A stretch of DNA of 64,000 bases from positions 368,845 to 432,844 of the IMG/VR virus record IMGVR_UViG_3300010403_000705. The stretch is one strand, 5' to 3'. Shown one piece after another: positions 9,337 through 18,304 of the stretch (position 1 is its first letter; each line of letters starts with the position of its first letter). A model generated the notes under the pieces. That model made no database searches. It saw only the letters and a list, made by a program, of their open reading frames with translations, and had not been told where the DNA came from. Made by a program: the position numbers and the translations under genes.

Positions 9337-10677
9337 ATGAATAGAGTTAGATTTGCTCCCAGCCCTACTGGATCTCTTCATGTAGGAGGAGTTCGTACAG
9401 CCTTATATAATTGGTTATGGTCTAAGAAAATTGGTGGTCAATTTATATTACGTATTGAAGATACTGATTTTATTAGAAATGATCCATCAAGTTATGATAA
9501 TATTTTACGAACTTTAGATTGGTTAGGTTTACATTGGGATGAGGGTCCAGATATTAATGGTAAATTTGGTCCTTATACTCAATCAGATAGGCGAGATTTT
9601 TATAAGGCATTTGCAAATTCTTTAATTGCTGATGGCAAAGCATACCGTTGCAATTGTAGTATGCAACAATTGATGCAATGGAAATCGCAATCTCCTAATT
9701 GGAAATATCCTGGCATTTGTAGGGACAAGAATATTGACTCTAGTAACTCACATGTTGTAAGACTAAAAGTAGATACTGATGCTATAATTTCATATAATGA
9801 TTTAGTTTTTGGAAAAATAACAACTCCTACATCCTCATTATATGATTTTGTTTTGCTTAGGGAAAATGGTATTCCACTTTATAATTTTGCAGCTGTTGTG
9901 GATGATCATTTAATGCATATTGATTTAGTAGCTAGAGGTCGTGATCATATGATTAATACTCCCAATCAAATTTTATTATATAATGCTTTTGGCTGGGACC
10001 TCCCATCGTTTGCGCATCTTCCTATGCTATTAAACATGCAAGGAGACAAACTTTCTAAAAGAGATGGATCAGTCTCAGTAAATGAGTTTAGAAAACTTGG
10101 ATTTTCTGCCAACGGGTTATTAAATTATTTATTAAGATTTGGTTGGTCTCACGGTGACCAAGAACTTTTCTCTATGGGGGAAATGATTGAATTGTTTTCT
10201 TGGGAATCATGTAAAAAATCGGATGGTCGATTTGACATGGCAAAAGCACTTGCTATTAATGGTAAAAACTTGATGAGGTCCAATTTAGTATCTAATGAAA
10301 CATATATTAAAGATTTAGCGTCATTTGGAATTTGTGCAGATGATAAAATTATTGAAATGGTACGAGCCAAGGCTAAGTCCTACCTAGAAGCAAAAGAATT
10401 ATTATCCTTTTTGGTAGATGGTGCATTAACTAATTATCCTATGGATATTCCAGAAGATGGAAAAATTCATATCAGCAATTTGTTAAAAATTTACTCGCAA
10501 CTATCTTTAATAGATAAAGATGCATTAGTATTAGCGACTAAATCTTATTGCCAAGAAAATAATTTAAATTTTCCAAATATTTCTCAATTGTTAAGACATT
10601 ATTTTACTGGTAAAACGATTGGTCCAGATATTTATAAAATTATAGAATATTTATGTCATTACAAAAATATCCATTGA
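9337..10677 (+). CDS. gltX: Glutamate--tRNA ligase
   Basis: RFAPSPTG, HVGG (HIGH), LRIEDTD, YNFAAVVDD, KLSKR. Confidence 0.93.
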   Translation: MNRVRFAPSPTGSLHVGGVRTALYNWLWSKKIGGQFILRIEDTDFIRNDPSSYDNILRTLDWLGLHWDEGPDINGKFGPYTQSDRRDFYKAFANSLIADGKAYRCNCSMQQLMQWKSQSPNWKYPGICRDKNIDSSNSHVVRLKVDTDAIISYNDLVFGKITTPTSSLYDFVLLRENGIPLYNFAAVVDDHLMHIDLVARGRDHMINTPNQILLYNAFGWDLPSFAHLPMLLNMQGDKLSKRDGSVSVNEFRKLGFSANGLLNYLLRFGWSHGDQELFSMGEMIELFSWESCKKSDGRFDMAKALAINGKNLMRSNLVSNETYIKDLASFGICADDKIIEMVRAKAKSYLEAKELLSFLVDGALTNYPMDIPEDGKIHISNLLKIYSQLSLIDKDALVLATKSYCQENNLNFPNISQLLRHYFTGKTIGPDIYKIIEYLCHYKNIH

Positions 10678-10703
10678 TAAATAAAAATTTTAAGGTAAAA
10701 TGA

Positions 10704-11324
10704 ATGAGTAAAGATCGAATAACAACATCGCCTAATCTATTAGAATCCTCACCTTTACATCATGAAGCTAGAACACTAGGAGATATTCATTTCCGAGCTT
10801 GGTCACATAATGTACAAGATAAGTATAAAGGGATGGCGGTAGAAGATATTAAAGATGCGTTACAAAAAACATCTTTGCCATATGCTGTATGTTTTGAGCA
10901 TTGGATTGGTGATTTTAATATGGGTACTGGCATACGTAACGCAAATGCTTTTAATGCTAGGGAAGTTTTTTATATTGGTGATAAAAAATGGGATCGCCGA
11001 TCAGCAGTAGGGGTGCATAATTATATTGATGTTAAATGGGTTCCCACAATAGAAGAATTTCTATCTTTAAAAGATAGATATGTTTTCATCGGAGTTGATA
11101 ATATCCCTGGCTCTGTACCGTTAGTGAACTTTAAATGGCCAAAAAATACTTTAATGATTTTTGGTGAAGAAGGTGTGGGTCTTACTCCAGAAATACAATC
11201 ACATTGTGAAGCTATTGTAGCTATTGAAATGTTTGGCAGTGTTCGATCTCTTAATTGTGGAACAGCATCGGGTATTGTAATGTATGATTTTGTATCTAAA
11301 TTAGGAAATATTTATGAAAAGTAA
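10704..11324 (+). CDS. TrmH/SpoU family RNA 2'-O-methyltransferase
   Basis: NMGTGIRNANAF, FGEEGVGL, VRSLNCGTASGI. Confidence 0.88.
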   Translation: MSKDRITTSPNLLESSPLHHEARTLGDIHFRAWSHNVQDKYKGMAVEDIKDALQKTSLPYAVCFEHWIGDFNMGTGIRNANAFNAREVFYIGDKKWDRRSAVGVHNYIDVKWVPTIEEFLSLKDRYVFIGVDNIPGSVPLVNFKWPKNTLMIFGEEGVGLTPEIQSHCEAIVAIEMFGSVRSLNCGTASGIVMYDFVSKLGNIYEK

Positions 11325-11571
11325 AAATAGTTTACCTTTTATGAATAAAAAAGAGATAAAATTTAATGCGCATGATTTAGTAGATTATATAGATGAAGTT
11401 GTGGATCCAGATCATAAGTTATCTATATCTGAAATAGATATGTTGGTATCATTTTCTATGAAAATTCATAATCTTATCCCAGATAAAAGAATGATTTTTG
11501 TTGGTCAAGGATTATATAATGAGTTATGTGTAACTATAACAAAATTGTTTAAAAATTGGATTTTTTCTTAG
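11314..11571 (+). CDS. Hypothetical protein with C-terminal F-x motif
   Basis: Ends KLFKNWIFS*. Confidence 0.6.
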   Translation: MKSKNSLPFMNKKEIKFNAHDLVDYIDEVVDPDHKLSISEIDMLVSFSMKIHNLIPDKRMIFVGQGLYNELCVTITKLFKNWIFS

Positions 11572-11666
11572 AGGTTTTTATGAGTTGCGATAATGATTGT
11601 TGGTTAATGTGACAAACAGGAGTCACAAGTAGTTAAATGGTTGAAACTAACCGAGAAATTATTTAA

Positions 11667-11870
11667 ATGATTAAAAAATTACTTTCTAGAGAAGAAATGG
11701 AAAAGTTAAATACAAGAAGGCTTTTGTCCTATAGAGATAAACTATTATCTTATCATGATTATCCAGACCATGATGATCCTACTTCAATAGGCAAATCTAG
11801 CCCAGAGTGGCAAGAAGCATATCTAAACATTAGAGAAATTCTTTCTACTAGAGAACATGTAGATAGGTAA
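11667..11870 (+). CDS. Hypothetical phage protein
   Basis: 67 aa, ends ILSTREHV. Confidence 0.6.
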   Translation: MIKKLLSREEMEKLNTRRLLSYRDKLLSYHDYPDHDDPTSIGKSSPEWQEAYLNIREILSTREHVDR

Positions 11871-11874
11871 GTTT

Positions 11875-12276
11875 ATGAGACAAGCAGCAGTAATGTTAAT
11901 TATTAAAGAAGGACTAATTTTAGGCGTGAGCCGTCGCCTTGATCCAAATAAATTTGGACTCCCTGGTGGTAAATTAGAGGACAATGAATTTCCAATTGAT
12001 GCAGCAATTAGGGAAACTTTTGAAGAGACTGGGGTAAAAGTAAGTTCTGCTTCTTTTCTTTATGAAAGAATAGAGCCGCCGGGATCACCAGATGGTTATG
12101 CTTTTCAAACATATTGTTATTACGCTGATAGTTGGTCTGGTGAAGCTTCAAAACTTGAAGAGAGTGAAGTTAAATGGGTGACAGAAAATGAATTAGCTTC
12201 TGGTGCTTTTCCAGAGCATAATATTAACACAATTGCAGTATTCAAAACATTATATCCTAATGTTTATATTAAGTAA
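11875..12276 (+). CDS. NUDIX hydrolase
   Basis: GGKLEDNEFPIDAAIRETFEETG Nudix box. Confidence 0.9.
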   Translation: MRQAAVMLIIKEGLILGVSRRLDPNKFGLPGGKLEDNEFPIDAAIRETFEETGVKVSSASFLYERIEPPGSPDGYAFQTYCYYADSWSGEASKLEESEVKWVTENELASGAFPEHNINTIAVFKTLYPNVYIK

Positions 12277-12292
12277 AAAGAAGGAGTTAATA

Positions 12293-12949
12293 ATGAATCG
12301 TCTCTTATATACAATTTTATTTGGTTTGACGTTATATGGATGTGATGCCAGCAAACATATGGAAGATTTGGGTTTTAAAAAAGGTAATGGCGTAGTGGAA
12401 AAAGGAGTAGTAAAATATGATTCTTTAGTTGAAAAAGACGAAATTTGTAATCAGAAGTGGTCAGATTATGAAGCGCAACTGCAAAGACGTGCTGATTTAA
12501 TTCCTATGTTAGTTGAGACTGCTAAAGGTTTTGCGACCCATGAACAAGATACTCTTCGTCAAGTGATTGAAGCACGTGCTTCTGCTACGCAAATTAAATT
12601 GACCGGCGAAGATTTTACTGATCCAGTCAAGATGGAAGAATTTCAAAAAGCTCAAAGTCAAATGAAAGGATCCTTATCTCGTTTAATGATGGTAGAAGAA
12701 AAATATCCAGATTTAAAAAGTGATAAACATTTCCATGATTTAATGATTCAAATGGAAGGCACCGAAAATAGGATTCTGCGCTCCCGACAAGAGTATAATA
12801 AAGCTGTAATGGAATTTAATTTAGAATTGCGTCGTATTAGCGGTAAAGCAATTAACCCAATCACAGGGTTTGAATTCAAACCACGTGTATTCTTTACTGC
12901 TGATGAAAGTTCTAAAACTGCTCCTAAAATTGATTTTTCTAAAAAATAA
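12293..12949 (+). CDS. lemA: LemA family lipoprotein
   Basis: QLQRRADLIP, YPDLKS, EGTENRI; lipobox LYGC; SD AAGGAG before ATG 12293. Confidence 0.88.
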   Translation: MNRLLYTILFGLTLYGCDASKHMEDLGFKKGNGVVEKGVVKYDSLVEKDEICNQKWSDYEAQLQRRADLIPMLVETAKGFATHEQDTLRQVIEARASATQIKLTGEDFTDPVKMEEFQKAQSQMKGSLSRLMMVEEKYPDLKSDKHFHDLMIQMEGTENRILRSRQEYNKAVMEFNLELRRISGKAINPITGFEFKPRVFFTADESSKTAPKIDFSKK

Positions 12950-12975
12950 TATAGATAAATCTGTGATATACAAGA

Positions 12976-14010
12976 ATGCATTTTAAATTTAAAAATTTAC
13001 TTATATTAATTGTTTTATTAATAACATTAATTAATAAATTCTCATACGCTTTTACTCCTCCCCCAGCACCTAAGCCTCCTAGAAATTACATAGTAGATAT
13101 GGCTAATAAGTTATCTCCGGTTAATTTGAATAACCTAAATGCTAGAATTAATCAAGTAAACAGAATTTCTAAAAATGAAATTGCAGTTTTGATTATTCCA
13201 TCTTTAGAAAGTGAGAATATCAGTGATGTTGCACATACAACTTTTAATGATTGGAAAATTGGAAAAAAAGGTCTTGACAATGGTGTATTAATAGTTATTG
13301 CTGTCCTTGATCGTTGTTCTAGAATCGAAACGGGTAAAGGTGTTGAAGGTGATTTAACTGATCTTAAAACTAATGATATATTAAAAAATAACCTAAACCC
13401 TTTCCTTAAGAAAGGAGATTTTTATGGAGGGTTGATAGAAACAATAAATCTCTTATCTAATACTATAGATAGTCGTAAGGATCAACAAACATCTCCTTTA
13501 CCTAGTTCTTTTTCTCCTAAAAATAATCAGCCAGCTAACTGCTCTTCGTCAACAATTGGATCTGATACAGATCATGGTGGTACAATTATGTTATTTTTAA
13601 TTTTTATAAGTAGTATGATAGTTTTTATATGTTGGCGCAAGTTTCGCACATCACGTAAACCACTGTATGATGCAGATTATAGTAGTACGCAGTCGACATA
13701 TACTAATACAGAAAACACTTATTATTCATCTTCTTCAACAGTACGTCCTGTAACATATACTCCATACACTAGGGAAAAAAATGAAGATTCATTGGTAAAT
13801 ACCATAAGTGTGGTTGCTGCTGTTACTCCATTTGTGCCGTACCTCACAGAAGACAATGATCCTCCAACTAGTAAAAGGATAGAAAATTATCATAATGATA
13901 ATTCTGATAATAACTTTACTTCAGATGATCATGAATTTTGTTCAGATGATCATGAATTTGGAGGCGGTGAATCTGGCGGCGGCGGATCTGACGATAGTTG
14001 GGACGAATGA
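12976..14010 (+). CDS. TPM-domain membrane protein (LemA partner)
   Basis: WKIGKKGLDNGVLI, RIETGKGVEG, TM helix, FGGGESGGGG tail. Confidence 0.85.
   Translation: MHFKFKNLLILIVLLITLINKFSYAFTPPPAPKPPRNYIVDMANKLSPVNLNNLNARINQVNRISKNEIAVLIIPSLESENISDVAHTTFNDWKIGKKGLDNGVLIVIAVLDRCSRIETGKGVEGDLTDLKTNDILKNNLNPFLKKGDFYGGLIETINLLSNTIDSRKDQQTSPLPSSFSPKNNQPANCSSSTIGSDTDHGGTIMLFLIFISSMIVFICWRKFRTSRKPLYDADYSSTQSTYTNTENTYYSSSSTVRPVTYTPYTREKNEDSLVNTISVVAAVTPFVPYLTEDNDPPTSKRIENYHNDNSDNNFTSDDHEFCSDDHEFGGGESGGGGSDDSWDE
13920..13959 (+). repeat. 21-nt-period tandem duplication in the TPM gene
   Basis: TTCAGATGATCATGAATTT twice (SDDHEF x2). Confidence 0.8.
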
Positions 14011-14093
14011 TCAAATATAAAATTTGTAAAACTTACGACTCCCATCACACATTATATGTATGATGTACATTGTGCTCAAATTTTTGGATTAAT

Positions 14094-14624
14094 ATGATTA
14101 TAGCTCATGCGAGTAAAAACTCCCACTGTTCTTATTGTGGTTCATATTTTTCAGAACAGGAAAAGTGGCCAAGACGATGCATCATATGCGACAATATAAC
14201 ATATTGTAATCCTACACCAGTTAGCGTTTCCTTAATAAGGGTCTTAGTAGATTGTAATAAATTAGGCATTCTAGTTGTTAGAAGAGCTGCTGATCCTAAA
14301 TTTGGAGAGTGGGCATTACCAGGTGGGTATTTAGTAGTACAAGAAAGCTGGGAAGAAGGTGCAGTTCGCGAGCTTCATGAGGAAGTTGGAATTAAATTAG
14401 ATCCATCAAAAATTGAAACATATCATGTTTCAAATGCCACCGAAAACAGTAACTTACTAATTTTCCACACATACCAAGACATTATAATGTGGAATGAAAT
14501 ATTAGAACATTTCATTCCAAACAATGAAGTGTTAGATATAGATGTTTGTTTTCTACCTACGGAATTATGTTTTTCTACACATACAAAATGTCTAGAAAAA
14601 TATCTTAAAGAGATTTCTAAATAA
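14094..14624 (+). CDS. Zinc-ribbon NUDIX hydrolase (ADP-ribose pyrophosphatase-like)
   Basis: CSYCG...CIICD, NPTPV, WALPGG...AVRELHEEVG. Confidence 0.85.
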   Translation: MIIAHASKNSHCSYCGSYFSEQEKWPRRCIICDNITYCNPTPVSVSLIRVLVDCNKLGILVVRRAADPKFGEWALPGGYLVVQESWEEGAVRELHEEVGIKLDPSKIETYHVSNATENSNLLIFHTYQDIIMWNEILEHFIPNNEVLDIDVCFLPTELCFSTHTKCLEKYLKEISK

Positions 14625-14660
14625 AATATTTTTTCATTCATTGGCAAGATAATATCTAAT

Positions 14661-14778
14661 GGAGCGATGGCGGAATTGATATACGCAAGCGGTAAAAAAC
14701 AGTGTATGATTTTTTTACCGCTTAATTAGTATAATACACTATACTAATTTATAGGTTTGACTCCTATTCGCTCCACCA
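14661..14778 (+). ncRNA. tRNA-shell RNA with two long complementary-loop hairpins
   Basis: GGAGCGA/TCGCTCC-ACCA, Leu-like D arm, T arm ATAGG-TTTGACT-CCTAT; 13-bp and 10-bp hairpins replace the anticodon and variable arms. Confidence 0.75.
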
Positions 14779-14798
14779 TAAATAAACATAAGGGCATA

Positions 14799-15026
14799 AT
14801 GAAAAAAATCACACTATTAGCAGTTATACTAGTAATAGGATGTCAGCAAGAACCAATACCTATAACCAAAGAAATTATACCTAGGAATACACATGTCGCA
14901 CCGTTTACATTGGAACAATGTGATGAAATACTTCAAAAAGCTGAAAATGAAACTTTTTTTCAAGGTATGCAAGCCCGCGCAACTTTAGCTACGGCTTGTT
15001 ACAATAGTTTAACAGTAAAAAGATAA
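14799..15026 (+). CDS. Small lipoprotein
   Basis: MKKITLLAVILVIGC lipobox. Confidence 0.65.
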   Translation: MKKITLLAVILVIGCQQEPIPITKEIIPRNTHVAPFTLEQCDEILQKAENETFFQGMQARATLATACYNSLTVKR

Positions 15027-15034
15027 TTATTTAG

Positions 15035-15418
15035 ATGTATAGCGTATCTCAATATCATAATGATAAATATGGTAATGTAATAGAAATTTCTATCGATAAG
15101 AATGGAATCTATGAAACACCTTTTAAAGCCATTGCGCAAGTAAAACTTATTAGAAGATTATGGTCAGAAAATCATAATGATAAAATTAGAATATTAATCA
15201 ATAAACAAGTTTTAACCATTAAAGAGATGGAAAAATGGTGCCTGGAGGAATACAAGCTTTTACCAAAGTGTAAAAATTGCGCTATTTGTTTAAAAGAAAG
15301 AATCTATACTCATCCTTTGTCTAAGACGAGCATTTTTTGCTCACAAAAATGCGCAGATGTAGATTATAATTACGAAATAGAAAAAATGAAAGATGAAGAA
15401 GAAATAGATTATTTATAG
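15035..15418 (+). CDS. Hypothetical zinc-finger protein
   Basis: CKNC...FCSQKC (TRASH-like). Confidence 0.6.
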   Translation: MYSVSQYHNDKYGNVIEISIDKNGIYETPFKAIAQVKLIRRLWSENHNDKIRILINKQVLTIKEMEKWCLEEYKLLPKCKNCAICLKERIYTHPLSKTSIFCSQKCADVDYNYEIEKMKDEEEIDYL

Positions 15419-15549
15419 CAATAATATGAATATATAGACATTGATATAGGTCTCTCAACGGACAGTCGATAATCTATTTAGGATAAAATATCCGCGGCAT
15501 ATTTCATCTGTAAAAAGATTGATAAAATACCTACAATAAGGAGAATATT

Positions 15550-15783
15550 ATGGTAGCAAAAAAATTAGTTGAAAAAAAGCCAGTAAAGAAATCTCCAAAA
15601 TCTGGAGCTACTGATACTGTAGTCAAGACTGTTAAAAAAGCCGTCAAAAAGGTGGCAGAAGCAGTAAAAAAAGTGTCTCCAGTAGTTGAAGCGGTTGACA
15701 CCATGTTAGACTCTGGTAGTTCTACCGATTCTGACAAAAATGACTCTGATAAAAAAGTTTCTTCGAAAAAAGAAACAGAATAA
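15550..15783 (+). CDS. Lysine-rich histone-H1-like small protein
   Basis: VKKAVKKV repeats; SD AAGGAG. Confidence 0.55.
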   Translation: MVAKKLVEKKPVKKSPKSGATDTVVKTVKKAVKKVAEAVKKVSPVVEAVDTMLDSGSSTDSDKNDSDKKVSSKKETE

Positions 15784-15811
15784 CGCAGATACAAAATAGT
15801 GTCTTTATTTT

Positions 15812-15842
15812 AAAAGAGAGGGTTATGTCCTCTCTTTTTTTT
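15812..15842 (+). terminator. Rho-independent terminator
   Basis: AAAAGAGAGG/CCTCTCTTTT stem followed by a T-tract. Confidence 0.65.
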
Positions 15843-15847
15843 ATTTA

Positions 15848-16459
15848 GTGGATTCCTTGATTATGCAAGTTTTAAAATTAATTGATAGTCATCCGCTCAA
15901 ATCAAGATTAAGTTATGAAGTGGGTTTTGGTGGCGCAGATGGACAAGTATTTCAACACTTAACTGATAAAGAAAAAGTAATTAAAATATCTGTAGTTTAT
16001 GAACATGCGATTCCAGTTGAAAAGCAAATTTCAAACACATTTCAGGTATTAGAATACTTAAAGTTATATAAACCAGACGCGTACGCGCATGTGTATGAAT
16101 TTGATATAATCAAAAATTATTATCGTGATACTATTTCAGGTGTGCAAAAATATATTGTATACTATTACATAATGGATAAATGCAATCCTTTAACAGAAGA
16201 TGAAAAAAAAGTATTTCACACAATTGTATCACATGAAGATAAATTAAAAAATAAAAGTCCCGTACCAGCATTACATGTTCTAGATGATTTAAGTATGGGT
16301 TTGGATTTTGATTTGTCAAAAATTATAAAATTCTGTCAAACAATTAATTGTTTGCCGATCCAGCATTTAGATATTCATCCGAGAAATATTATGAAAAATA
16401 AATTAGGAGATTTTTGTCTTATTGATTTTGATCGTTGTGAACTAAGAAAGGAAATATAA
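15848..16459 (+). CDS. Protein kinase/APH-like phosphotransferase
   Basis: GFGGADG loop, VIKI, HLDIHPRNIM, IDFD. Confidence 0.75.
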   Translation: MDSLIMQVLKLIDSHPLKSRLSYEVGFGGADGQVFQHLTDKEKVIKISVVYEHAIPVEKQISNTFQVLEYLKLYKPDAYAHVYEFDIIKNYYRDTISGVQKYIVYYYIMDKCNPLTEDEKKVFHTIVSHEDKLKNKSPVPALHVLDDLSMGLDFDLSKIIKFCQTINCLPIQHLDIHPRNIMKNKLGDFCLIDFDRCELRKEI

Positions 16460-16462
16460 ATA

Positions 16463-16771
16463 GTGTCAAAAATAGATAAATTACCAAAAGTAGATTTAGT
16501 GTTACTAAAACAATTAGTTACAGAACTAGAAAATAGTCTAGAGATTTGTGAGAAAATTAAAAATGACGACAATTTCGATCATACAAAATTCATAATTGAA
16601 ATGTCAAAATCCACCGGACTTATAGCTGGTATTATACAAGAAAGTTCAATGTTAATAGGTGACACCCAAACTATTGTAAAAGCAAGTCAGCAACCAAGTT
16701 CTAAGAACACCGACTTTATTGATAAGATATTATCGGGTGGATTAAAAGGTTCTGGCGGTTCAACAAATTAA
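16463..16771 (+). CDS. Hypothetical protein
   Basis: 102 aa ORF in the run. Confidence 0.65.
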   Translation: MSKIDKLPKVDLVLLKQLVTELENSLEICEKIKNDDNFDHTKFIIEMSKSTGLIAGIIQESSMLIGDTQTIVKASQQPSSKNTDFIDKILSGGLKGSGGSTN

Positions 16772-16788
16772 ATAAGGATTATAAAATA

Positions 16789-17076
16789 ATGAAAACATCT
16801 ACACGTAATGACGTAAAACAATTAGCTATTTCAATTGAATCATTAGCTCGTGAAATTCAAAATAAAATTGATTCAGGATCTGATGTGCTTGCTACAGCTA
16901 ATGAGCTGGTAAGAAATAATTTAACATTAGTTTTTGCTTTAGGAGAAGTATCGGCTGTTGAATATATGGAGTCTTCTAAGAAGAAAACGCCTTTAGTAAA
17001 AAAAGGATTAACTCGCAATTATAGCAATTATTATCGCGTAAGAGATAGTCTAACAGGTCGCTTTACTGCCAAATAA
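16789..17076 (+). CDS. Hypothetical protein
   Basis: 95 aa, C-terminal RDSLTGRF. Confidence 0.65.
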   Translation: MKTSTRNDVKQLAISIESLAREIQNKIDSGSDVLATANELVRNNLTLVFALGEVSAVEYMESSKKKTPLVKKGLTRNYSNYYRVRDSLTGRFTAK

Positions 17077-17094
17077 TGAGGGATTATTCAGAAG

Positions 17095-17505
17095 ATGAAT
17101 GATATTATTGATAGTATAATAAAACAAATTTATAGTATTTTTGCTGTTACAGAAGAATCATTACAGAGTTGGAATGGTGAAGGAAATTTGCAATTTCCGG
17201 CATTACTTGCAAAATTAGCGGCTCAAATGAATTGGGATGAAAAACAATTACGCGAAGCCGATCCTATTATTAGGTTTTATATTCGTCGCAATCCTAACTA
17301 CCATGTAACTCGTGGAGCACATGGTGGGATTATGAGAGCTTCTGATAAATATAAAAAAGAAGTTCTCAAAGCTGCAAAGGATTCAGCAAAAAAACAAATG
17401 TTGGCAGCTCTAGAAGCTAAGGCTGCAAGTATGCTAGCAAATAGCAAAAACGATTCAAATAAAAGTGAAGATGAAGATTTAGATAATCTTTTTACAGATA
17501 AGTAA
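17095..17505 (+). CDS. Putative winged-helix DNA-binding protein
   Basis: HVTRGAHGGIMR wing motif shared with 49143..49484. Confidence 0.55.
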   Translation: MNDIIDSIIKQIYSIFAVTEESLQSWNGEGNLQFPALLAKLAAQMNWDEKQLREADPIIRFYIRRNPNYHVTRGAHGGIMRASDKYKKEVLKAAKDSAKKQMLAALEAKAASMLANSKNDSNKSEDEDLDNLFTDK

Positions 17506-17507
17506 TT

Positions 17508-17548
17508 TTTATAGGTGAGTAGTTTTTTTAAATTTACTCACCTATAAA
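17508..17548 (+). terminator. Inverted repeat / terminator
   Basis: TTTATAGGTGAGTA/TACTCACCTATAAA directly after a stop codon. Confidence 0.6.
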
Positions 17549-17772
17549 TAACTACTTCCCCTATTATATAGTCCCCAACTTTTTGTCGAGAGTTACTTTT
17601 TAATTAGTAAATTACCAAGCAGGTCATCACGCGAAGTGCTATGTAACAGAAATTTAATAGATTCCTGTAATTTTATAGAAAGTCTTTGTTGTAAGGTTAG
17701 TCTCTAGGATCCCTTATTGGTTAATGATTGATATAAATTATAATTGTAAGTTTGTCATTTTAAAGGTGAATA

Positions 17773-18300
17773 ATGAAAAAATTTTTAGTATTGTTAGGTT
17801 TATCATTTCTTAATCAAAGCTGTATAAAAAATGATGCAAATATTGCTACACCACCTGCTACTACAAAATCTGTGACAGAAATTGCAGATTCAAAAATCGT
17901 AAATGATAGAAACATAGTTTTTGGTGATATGGAGATTTTAATTCCATTAGCTTGGAGTAGTAAAAAAAATGATGATGGTTTAGTTTTCCTTAATAAACCT
18001 AGAGAGGCTTTGATATTCTTAGGTAAGGAAAGTTGCGATTTAAGTTACGACCAGTGCGTACTGTCATCAGTAAAAGGATTAGAAGAATCAAATGCGGAGC
18101 TTCTTGCAGTAGATCATGTTTTTTTTAATAATAACAAATTCATGTCATTGACGACTCGAAAAAACGGTATTAAAGTATGGTCTTGGGTAACTCATTACCA
18201 TGGCACTCTTTACCTTTTTTCATGTGGAGGTCAAAAACCTGATGCAGATCTTCAACAAGATTGTAAGGCAATTTCTAGTACTATAAAACTGCTACAATAA
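17773..18300 (+). CDS. Putative lipoprotein (PsbP/DcrB-like)
   Basis: Signal peptide ending in QSC; IPLAW motif. Confidence 0.55.
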   Translation: MKKFLVLLGLSFLNQSCIKNDANIATPPATTKSVTEIADSKIVNDRNIVFGDMEILIPLAWSSKKNDDGLVFLNKPREALIFLGKESCDLSYDQCVLSSVKGLEESNAELLAVDHVFFNNNKFMSLTTRKNGIKVWSWVTHYHGTLYLFSCGGQKPDADLQQDCKAISSTIKLLQ

Positions 18301-18304
18301 TTAT

